Source: Fimbriimonadales bacterium
GTDB taxonomy: Bacteria; Armatimonadota; Fimbriimonadia; Fimbriimonadales; JABRVX01
Assembly (NCBI GenBank): GCA_045862955.1
Contig: BTVI01000067.1
Coordinates: forward strand, 1 to 10,984
Reading direction: 5' to 3'
Length of the DNA stretch: 10,984 nt
The notes beneath the pieces were generated by a model. That model searched no databases, had not been told where the DNA came from, and saw only the letters and a list, made by a program, of their open reading frames with translations. Positions 1 through 6,079 of the stretch are shown here, in pieces; position 1 is the stretch's first letter; every line of letters begins with the position of its first letter. The position numbers and the translations under genes were made by a program.

Positions 1-1006
1 GCGGCACACCGTTGGGAAACCGCTCCTGAACCCAGGTTCCGGGCATCCAGAAACCCAGATGATCCCTGAGCCGATACCAGTACTGTCGCTGCACGTTGTA
101 CGGCGGTGGCGCGGGCCACGGAGGGGTCTCAGGGCGCAGAGCAGACTCGTTAGGAGGCGGTACCGCCGACGAGAAATCCGTGCCTTTCGGCATGTGCGCC
201 GTGAACCTACGGTAGTTCTCGAGAGCCGGCCAGTAGACTTCGTGGCTGTCATCCCAGGCCGCCCCCAGCCGCACCCCGTCGTAGATCACAGCGTACGCCA
301 GCCAGACTTCGAGCCCGCCCATCACCGACCCGGTGCGAGCGTAGAACTCGGCTTCGCGAGCAAGCGTGGTGCCGTTCTGGGCCGCGTTCCTCATCCATAA
401 TCCTCCGGCAGGATAGGACCACTCGTACACCGTCTGGTAGCGGTCGCCCTGCGGCTGTGGGCGTACCGCGCTGATCCTTGCGCCAACCGGCGCATGCAAT
501 TCGTCGGGCCAAGCGCCGCCTGTGGATGCCGGATCGTAGCCGTGGAAGCTTAGGTACCAGGGCAAGTGGCCCTGGTGATAGTCGTTCGAGTAGTTGGGAA
601 CCGGGTTTACGAGCTCCACTTTGAAGGGCCCGCCGACCACGAAGTAGATCGCCGTGCCGACCCATTCGCGCCTCGGACACTCCGCTGTCTCCACCTGATA
701 CGCGCTCATCGAGATGTTGCACACGCCCGTCTCGCTAAACCTCACGCGCGGGGTAGCCGTGTTGCCGCCTTCCACAATCTGCGCTCCACACCCGACGAAC
801 GACCAATCGTACTCCACGGTGCAACCCACCTGGACCTGAAGAAGCGCCTCGAACGTGAACTCGCAGTATTCCGCAGTCCACGGTGTGTCGCACTTCAGCC
901 CGCCGACCTGCTTGTCGCCGAAGATACTGACGACCTCTGGGTCGCCGAGGCACGGCAAAGTGCAGAAAGCGACGGTAAGCACCGGCCAAACCCTTCCCCC
1001 ACGCAT
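1..1006 (-). CDS. Putative secreted hypothetical protein with PKD/Ig-like beta-rich segments; 3' end runs off the window (>=335 aa)
   Basis: Absent from the ORF track because it has no stop in the window. Hand translation from ATG at 1006 is open to the left edge: MRGGRVWPVLTVAFCTLPCLG-DPEVVSIFGDKQ...VEYDWSFVGCGAQIVEGGNTATPRVRFSETGVCNISMSAY...QERFPNGVP. GAGGAGG SD lies 7 nt upstream. The N-terminus is basic then hydrophobic, like a signal peptide. Confidence 0.85.
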   Translation of the reverse strand, partial: MRGGRVWPVLTVAFCTLPCLGDPEVVSIFGDKQVGGLKCDTPWTAEYCEFTFEALLQVQVGCTVEYDWSFVGCGAQIVEGGNTATPRVRFSETGVCNISMSAYQVETAECPRREWVGTAIYFVVGGPFKVELVNPVPNYSNDYHQGHLPWYLSFHGYDPASTGGAWPDELHAPVGARISAVRPQPQGDRYQTVYEWSYPAGGLWMRNAAQNGTTLAREAEFYARTGSVMGGLEVWLAYAVIYDGVRLGAAWDDSHEVYWPALENYRRFTAHMPKGTDFSSAVPPPNESALRPETPPWPAPPPYNVQRQYWYRLRDHLGFWMPGTWVQERFPNGVP

Positions 1007-1027
1007 TCCTGAGCCTCCTCATCCGCC

Positions 1028-1036
1028 ATTCTATCA
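1028..1036 (-). promoter_or_regulatory. Extended -10 promoter (TGaTAGAAT) for the secreted protein gene
   Basis: Minus strand reads TGATAGAAT-ggcggat-GAGGAGG-ctcagga-ATG. No good -35 at 17 bp spacing. Confidence 0.55.
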
Positions 1037-1172
1037 CTCACCCCCCCACTGACCTAGTAACAATGCCGGGTTTGTGGCCTCTTCCGCTCGACGAGCATTG
1101 GCCGTCTACACAGGCGAATCAGGCCCTGCTCAGGCCGCTCAGGACGCATGTCCTGCCGTTCTGTACGAGCGC

Positions 1173-1178
1173 TATACT
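1173..1178 (+). promoter_or_regulatory. -10 element TATACT, 6 nt before the lipid kinase GTG (leaderless type)
   Basis: TATACT-tccccc-GTG(1185); no SD upstream of this codon. Confidence 0.5.
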
Positions 1179-1184
1179 TCCCCC

Positions 1185-2054
1185 GTGAGCGTGGGTGTGA
1201 TCTGGAACCGCGCGGCGCGGCGTGCTCGGTATCTCCCGGTGCATCGGCTGTTTCCGGAGGCGGAAGTCGTCGTCACCGAGAGCCCCGAGGAAGCCGAGAG
1301 TAAGGCTCGGGAGCTCGCACAACGACATAGCACGGTGGTCGCCATCGGCGGAGACGGCACGGTCAACTCCGTGGTCAACGGGCTGCGGGGCACGGACGCG
1401 GCGCTGGGGCTCATCCCGGCGGGAACGGGCAACGTGCTCGCAAGGGAGCTGCTCATCCCTGTCCACGACCCTTCCGAGGCCGCACGCATCTGCCTGGGTG
1501 ACGCGTCAACCGCAATAGACCTGGGCCAGTGCGGGGACCGTCTGTTCGTCGCGTCGGCGGGCTTCGGCGTGGATGCCGAGGTAGTCGCCCGTGCAGACGG
1601 GTGGAAGCCGGTGTGGGGTCGTCTCGCCTTCGTGATGGCTGCGTCAGTCGAGCAGTTCCGTCAACACCGCTGGCACGTGGCGATTGACGCGGAAGGCAGG
1701 CGCGTGTACGAAGGCGAGGCCGTGCTGGTGGCCGCGGTGAACTGCCCCCGCTACGCCGGCTGGCGCAAGCCGCTACCCGATACGAGCCTAGCGGACGGGC
1801 TATTGGACCTATTCGTGGTGATGCCTTCGAATCTGCCCGGCACCCCTCTGCTCGATGTTGCCGGCTGGGCGCTGCTCGGACGAGCCCACCGAAGCAAGCG
1901 CGTCCGGACCTTTCGGGCAGCGGAGTTCCAGCTGCGTTTCGAAGGTCCGGAGCCTCTCTGCCAGATGGACGGGGAGCTCGTGCCCGATGGCGCAAAGACG
2001 GTCCGCGTACAACCCCGAGCCCTGCAGGTGAAGACGCGCAAAGCGGTAATCTGA
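1185..2054 (+). CDS. Diacylglycerol kinase family (YegS/DgkB/BmrU-like) lipid kinase
   Basis: Family motifs GGDGT, IPAGTGNVLA, GFGVDA, DGLLD and QMDGE. Start moved from 1074 to the in-frame GTG at 1185, where the first beta-strand (VGVIWN) begins. Confidence 0.92.
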   Translation: MSVGVIWNRAARRARYLPVHRLFPEAEVVVTESPEEAESKARELAQRHSTVVAIGGDGTVNSVVNGLRGTDAALGLIPAGTGNVLARELLIPVHDPSEAARICLGDASTAIDLGQCGDRLFVASAGFGVDAEVVARADGWKPVWGRLAFVMAASVEQFRQHRWHVAIDAEGRRVYEGEAVLVAAVNCPRYAGWRKPLPDTSLADGLLDLFVVMPSNLPGTPLLDVAGWALLGRAHRSKRVRTFRAAEFQLRFEGPEPLCQMDGELVPDGAKTVRVQPRALQVKTRKAVI

Positions 2055-2059
2055 TTGTG

Positions 2060-3268
2060 ATGTCTATCCAGCGCGTGATCTTGGTGGTGATGGACGGCTG
2101 CGGCGTAGGCGCGGCTCCCGACTACGCACAGTTCGGCGACTTCGGGGTGAACCGGCCCGACACGATCGCCAACACCGCTCGCGCTGTCGGCGGTCTGAAG
2201 CTGCCCTATCTGCAGTCGCTTGGCCTCGGCCACATCACGCAGCTCTACTCGCCGCACAAGGAAGTCAATCCCATCGGGTGCTATGGCAAGTTGCGCGAGA
2301 TCTCCATGGGCAAGGACACGGTGACAGGGCACTGGGAGATGATGGGCATTCACACGGAGCATCCGTTCCCCACCTATCCCGACGGCTTCCCACCCGAACT
2401 CGTGGCCGCCTTCGAGAAGGCCATCGGCACACCGGTGTTAGGCAACGTCGCCGCATCGGGAACGGAGATCATCAAGCAGCTCGGCGAGGAGCACGTTCGC
2501 ACGGGACGGCCCATCCTATACACCAGCGCGGACAGCGTGTTTCAGATTGCCGCGCACGAGAAGGCCTTTGGGCTGGAACGGCTGTACGAGTGCTGCCGAA
2601 TCGCCCGCGAGATGCTAGTGGAGCCCCACAACGTGCAGCGGGTGATTGCGCGGCCCTTCGTCGGGACCAGCGCGGCTAGCTTCACACGCACGGGCAACCG
2701 AAAGGACTTTCCGCTTCCTGCACCACCCAACGTGTTGGATGCGCTTGCCGAGGCAGGCGTGAAATGCCATGCCATCGGCGTCGTCGGAGAGGTGTTCGCG
2801 GAGCGTGGCTTCTACAGCGGCGAGCGTTCGCGCAACAACCATGAGCACCTCGAAGCGCTGCTGAGGGCCTTGGACGGCGAAGCGAAGTTCATCTTCGCGA
2901 ACTTCGAGGACTTCGACATGCTCTACGGGCACAGAAACAACGTGGAGGGCTTTGCCCGCGCCCTCATCGAGTTCGACGGGATGCTCGGCGAGGTGATGGC
3001 TCGATTACACCCGACCGACCTTCTCATCCTGACTGCGGACCACGGCAACGACCCCACGACCCCCAGCACCGACCACAGCCGAGAGTACGCGCCGCTGCTG
3101 GTATACAGCCCCTCGTTGGCTATGGGATGCGATCTAGGCACGCGTGACACCTTCGCGGACATCGGGGCCACCATCGCCGAGGTGTTCGGAGTTCGCTCGC
3201 CGATGGGAGAGTCGTTCTTGCAGCGACTATCGCTCCGGACCACGGGCACGCCGTTGTTCGCCGACTAA
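2060..3268 (+). CDS. deoB: Phosphopentomutase
   Basis: Motifs VMDGCGVG, GKDTVTGHWE, YTSADSVFQIAAHE, RVIARPF, DMLYGHRNN, TADHGNDPT and TDHSREY; about 402 aa. Starts 5 nt after the kinase stop (alternative GTG at 2057), so probably co-transcribed. Confidence 0.96.
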   Translation: MSIQRVILVVMDGCGVGAAPDYAQFGDFGVNRPDTIANTARAVGGLKLPYLQSLGLGHITQLYSPHKEVNPIGCYGKLREISMGKDTVTGHWEMMGIHTEHPFPTYPDGFPPELVAAFEKAIGTPVLGNVAASGTEIIKQLGEEHVRTGRPILYTSADSVFQIAAHEKAFGLERLYECCRIAREMLVEPHNVQRVIARPFVGTSAASFTRTGNRKDFPLPAPPNVLDALAEAGVKCHAIGVVGEVFAERGFYSGERSRNNHEHLEALLRALDGEAKFIFANFEDFDMLYGHRNNVEGFARALIEFDGMLGEVMARLHPTDLLILTADHGNDPTTPSTDHSREYAPLLVYSPSLAMGCDLGTRDTFADIGATIAEVFGVRSPMGESFLQRLSLRTTGTPLFAD

Positions 3269-3277
3269 GGCGAGCTG

Positions 3278-4780
3278 CTAGCTCTGCGTGTGCGCTTCGG
3301 GCCGCAGCGTGGGGAAAAAGACCACGTCCCGGATCGAGCCTGCCCCGAGTAACACGATAGCCATGCGGTCCAGACCGATACCCAGCCCACCTGCCGGTGG
3401 CATGCCCGCCTCCATCGCGTACACGAACTCTTCGTCCATCGGGTGCGCCTCGGCATCTCCGGCATCCCGCTGCGCGGCTTGCAGCGTCAGTCTCTCCCGC
3501 TGGTCTAACGGGTCGTTCAACTCGCTGAATGCGTTGGCCACCTCCTGGCGCATCACGAAGCCTTCGAAGCGCCTCACGAAGCGCGGGTCCTCCGGCGTCT
3601 TCTTGGCCAGAGGCGAGGTGTCGAGCGGATAGTCGGTGAGGAAGGTTGGCTGGATCAAGTGTGGTTGGACGAAGCGCTCCATCACCTTCTCCATGATGCC
3701 ACCGGGTAGCGTCTCCTCGCTCATGTCGAGACCGAGCGACTCGCCCGCTTTCTTGGCGCTCTCCAACGAGGCGAATGCCTCCTTGCCGATTCCCGTGCGC
3801 TCCTCGATTGCGTCGGTCAGCTTCATCCGACGCCACGGCTGAGAGAAGTCAATCTCCGCTTCTCCCACGTTCACCACGGGGCCGCCGAAACAGCTGACAG
3901 CTACGTGGTGGAACAGCCTCTCGGTCAGAGTCATGATGTCTTCGAGTTGAACGTACGCCTGATACAACTCTAGCAGGGTGAACTCGGGCAGGTGCTTGGT
4001 GGACAGCCCCTCGTTACGAAACACGCGACCGATCTCGTACACCTTCTCGATGCCGCCGATCAGCAGGCGCTTCAGATACAGCTCGAGCGAGATCCGTAGC
4101 TTCAGGTCCACCCCTAGCGCGTTGTGATGCGTAACGAACGGACGCGCAGCCGCCCCACCCGCTTCGTACTGCAAAACGGGTGTTTCGACCTCGAGAAACC
4201 CCTCGCTATCGAGAAAGGCGCGTACGGCCGAAACCATTTTCGACCTGGTTACGAGCCGGCTGTAGGACTCACGGTTCGCGATCAGGTCGAGGTGACGATA
4301 ACGGTATCGCTGCTCACGGTCGTGAAGTCCGTACCACTGATGCCCTTCCTTCTCCTTCCCCAGCGGAAGGGTCTGGAGGCACTTAGCCAGCACGTCCACC
4401 CTTCGGGCGTGCACGCTCTGTTCCCCGGTTCGCGTGACGAAGGGCTCGCCGTGCACCCCGACCAAGTCGCCGATGTCGATCTGCTCGACAACCTGCCAGT
4501 CCTCGGGCAGGTCATCCTTGCGAAAGTAGATCTGCAGTTTGCCCGTCGCATCGGCTAGGTGTACGAACACCACCTTTCCCATAGAGCGATGGGACACGAC
4601 TCTTCCCGCAACGGAAACGGGCTTACCTTCCAGTTCGGCGAAGCGGTCGTGTATTTCTTGCAACGGATGGCTGCGGTCGAACCGTTCGATGCGGTAGGGG
4701 TCGCGCCCCATCTGTCGGAGCGCTGCGAGCTTGGCTAACCGGACCTCTCTCTCACCGACCGCCTCGGTTTCCCTGTCCAT
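3278..4780 (-). CDS. lysS: Lysine--tRNA ligase (class II)
   Basis: OB-fold N-terminus, [56 protein letters not shown] and [14 protein letters not shown]; 500 aa. Confidence 0.98.
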   Translation of the reverse strand: MDRETEAVGEREVRLAKLAALRQMGRDPYRIERFDRSHPLQEIHDRFAELEGKPVSVAGRVVSHRSMGKVVFVHLADATGKLQIYFRKDDLPEDWQVVEQIDIGDLVGVHGEPFVTRTGEQSVHARRVDVLAKCLQTLPLGKEKEGHQWYGLHDREQRYRYRHLDLIANRESYSRLVTRSKMVSAVRAFLDSEGFLEVETPVLQYEAGGAAARPFVTHHNALGVDLKLRISLELYLKRLLIGGIEKVYEIGRVFRNEGLSTKHLPEFTLLELYQAYVQLEDIMTLTERLFHHVAVSCFGGPVVNVGEAEIDFSQPWRRMKLTDAIEERTGIGKEAFASLESAKKAGESLGLDMSEETLPGGIMEKVMERFVQPHLIQPTFLTDYPLDTSPLAKKTPEDPRFVRRFEGFVMRQEVANAFSELNDPLDQRERLTLQAAQRDAGDAEAHPMDEEFVYAMEAGMPPAGGLGIGLDRMAIVLLGAGSIRDVVFFPTLRPEAHTQS

Positions 4781-4788
4781 AGGTTCGA

Positions 4789-5277
4789 TTACTTCTTCCT
4801 GATTTCGAGGATTTCGAAGTGCAGTTCTCCGGCGGGCGCATTGATGACAACCTTGTCACCGACAGCACGACCCAGAAGCGCTTGTCCCCAGGGGCTATCC
4901 GAGGAGATGGAACCCTCGTCCGGGTCGGCCTCGAACACGGTAACGACCCGCACTTCGATCTGCTCCTTGCGCTTCTTCAGGTTTCTGAGAACCACTACCG
5001 AGCCGATGCCGACGCGGTCCGTCGGAATGTTGCGCGCAGAGAGCTTCTGCGCGGAACTGAGCAACTCCTTGAGTTCGGCGATGCGGCTCTCGACAATCGC
5101 TTGCTCACGCTTGGCTTCCTCGAACTCCGAGTTGTCGTCCGCGAATTCGCCCTGCTCCTTGGAGGCACGGATGCGCTCGGCGATCTCGGGACGCCTAACG
5201 CTGGTGAGCTGCGCCAGCTCATCGCTGAGCCGCTTGTAGCCCTTTTCGGTTAGCAGCACGACGCCTTCCTCTGTCAT
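4789..5277 (-). CDS. greA: GreA/GreB-family transcription elongation factor
   Basis: LLTEKGYKRLSDEL...RRPEIAERI, coiled coil, VGIGSVV, EADP..G.IS.DSP.GQALLG and APAG motifs. Start placed at ATG 5277 (GAGGT SD 7 nt upstream; alternative GTG at 5280), 162 aa. Ends 8 nt before lysS; greA-lysS adjacency is known in many bacteria. Confidence 0.9.
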   Translation of the reverse strand: MTEEGVVLLTEKGYKRLSDELAQLTSVRRPEIAERIRASKEQGEFADDNSEFEEAKREQAIVESRIAELKELLSSAQKLSARNIPTDRVGIGSVVVLRNLKKRKEQIEVRVVTVFEADPDEGSISSDSPWGQALLGRAVGDKVVINAPAGELHFEILEIRKK

Positions 5278-5360
5278 CACCGGTACCTCACGTGGCCTTT
5301 CATCGAGCGACAGCCTCTCAGCCGCCTCGGCGGTGGTGGGTGGGGCGCTGGGAGAACGGC

Positions 5361-5389
5361 ATTTTGACACAGCCCCACCGGTTTGTCAA
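5361..5389 (-). promoter_or_regulatory. Sigma70-type promoter for greA-lysS
   Basis: Minus strand TTGACA (5389-5384), 17 nt spacer, then CAAAAT (5366-5361) preceded by an extended -10 TG. Confidence 0.7.
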
Positions 5390-5481
5390 CGAATCGTCAA
5401 CGGGAATGCTCGGCGGTTTGCGAAACTTCGCTCAGGCTGAGCCACGTCGAGTGCGGCAGTCTTCTGCGACAACAGCGGGCC

Positions 5482-5585
5482 ATGCGCGAACATTGCGAAA
5501 CAATGCGAGCCGCTCTCTGGCTTGCGTCGGGGTGTGAGCCCCACAACGGGCCCTGCTTGGAGCCCGGCTAACCCCGTTCGCGCAT
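5482..5585 (+). other. Multi-branched palindromic module 1 (candidate structured RNA or MITE-like element)
   Basis: Perfect 10 bp closing stem ATGCGCGAAC/GTTCGCGCAT enclosing four hairpins. Confidence 0.5.
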
Positions 5586-5640
5586 CCACGAGCCGATGGT
5601 TTCCCGCATGCGGGCCTGATGACAGAGTCTACATAAGTCT

Positions 5641-5741
5641 TATGCCCCGGCCCGCGTCCGCCGTGCTGCGCCCACCGAACGCACACCGCGAGCCCAAGGA
5701 CCGCGCCGGGGCACGGCGGCTCATACGCGGGCCAGGGCATA
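5641..5741. repeat. Long inverted-repeat module 2
   Basis: 5641-5657 pairs with 5725-5741 (16/17); 5658-5666 pairs with 5711-5719 (9/9). Confidence 0.7.
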
Positions 5742-5744
5742 TAC

Positions 5745-5945
5745 AAACGTCTGGGCATGGAACGCGTGCCGGGGCAGCGGGGGGTAGTGTCTCTCCCTCC
5801 CTCTCCCCCGTTCGCGGGGGAGAGGGTTGGGGTGAGGGGGACCGCCACCAGCCGCTGACGTCGGTGCCTCGACGTTCGGCTGCTCGGAGAGCCGCTGGGC
5901 GAGAGCGTGGCGGCAGGCGGCAGCCGAAACGTCTAGGCATGGAAC
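5745..5945. repeat. 19 bp direct repeat AAACGTCTRGGCATGGAAC, two copies (5745-5763 and 5927-5945)
   Basis: Copies are 18/19 identical and start 182 bp apart. Confidence 0.8.
5799..5840. repeat. REP-like extragenic palindrome (CCCCTCACCCCAACCCTCTCCC...GGGAGAGGG class)
   Basis: Perfect 12 bp stem CCCTCTCCCCCG-TTCG-CGGGGGAGAGGG followed by TTGGGGTGAGGGGG. Resembles, from recall, a widespread bacterial intergenic repeat that reads as PLTPTLSP when translated. Confidence 0.8.
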
Positions 5946-5948
5946 CGA
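5861..5948. repeat. Long inverted-repeat module 3
   Basis: TGCCTcGACGTT-CGGCTGC (5865-5883) pairs with GCAGCCGAAACGTCtAGGCA (5920-5939). Outer pair TCGGT/ACCGA; inner stem GCCGCT/GGCGGC. Confidence 0.65.
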
Positions 5949-5983
5949 TGGCAGGTACGGCGCGCTCGGCGACGAAGCCTGCC

Positions 5984-6073
5984 CTCGGGTTCCCTACGCA
6001 TCGGGACAGGAGCTCCGAGGCCGCCAGCGAAGCGCTCTGCAAGACTCGGGTTCCCTACGCATCGGGAAAGGAG
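5984..6073 (+). repeat. Two 29 bp direct repeats CTCGGGTTCCCTACGCATCGGGA(C/A)AGGAG separated by 32 bp
   Basis: Copies at 5984-6012 and 6045-6073 are 28/29 identical. The second copy contains the AGGAG SD of the next gene. Confidence 0.85.
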
Positions 6074-6079
6074 ACTGCA

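Noticed and set aside
1041..1047. C7 homopolymer in the promoter spacer as a phase-variation tract
   Set aside because: Too short to be notable in GC-rich DNA, and no clear -35 whose spacing it would change.
59..1052. Track ORFs 59..400, 249..722, 566..1012, 735..1037 and 855..1052
   Set aside because: Shadow frames of the real minus-strand gene <1..1006.
5278..5355. GraL-like attenuator in the greA leader
   Set aside because: Only a short CCGCC/GGCGG dyad with no U-tract.
5484..5606. Resemblance to a c-di-GMP-I riboswitch (GCGAAC-stem-GAAA-stem, later CUAA)
   Set aside because: Lacks the GxCGCAAAG junction and a properly placed tetraloop receptor, and is about 480 nt from the next start codon.
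5455..5610. Cobalamin riboswitch or T-box leader on the minus strand upstream of greA-lysS (GGGAA...CAGAAGACUGCC)
   Set aside because: No GGUG..AAUCC, GCCACUG or GGGAAG core and no GGUGGnACC T-box. The region also lies upstream of the greA promoter.
5522..6079. 186-codon N-terminal extension of the SDR ORF given in the track
   Set aside because: Low-complexity Arg/Pro/Gly/Ala translation running through palindromes and repeats. The Rossmann motif and a strong SD mark ATG 6080 as the start.
5390..6079. RNase P, tmRNA, SRP, 6S or tRNA gene
   Set aside because: None of the hallmark sequences or shapes (GAGGAAAGUCC, tRNA-like T-loop with CCA end, SRP loop, 6S rod with central bubble) was found by eye on either strand.
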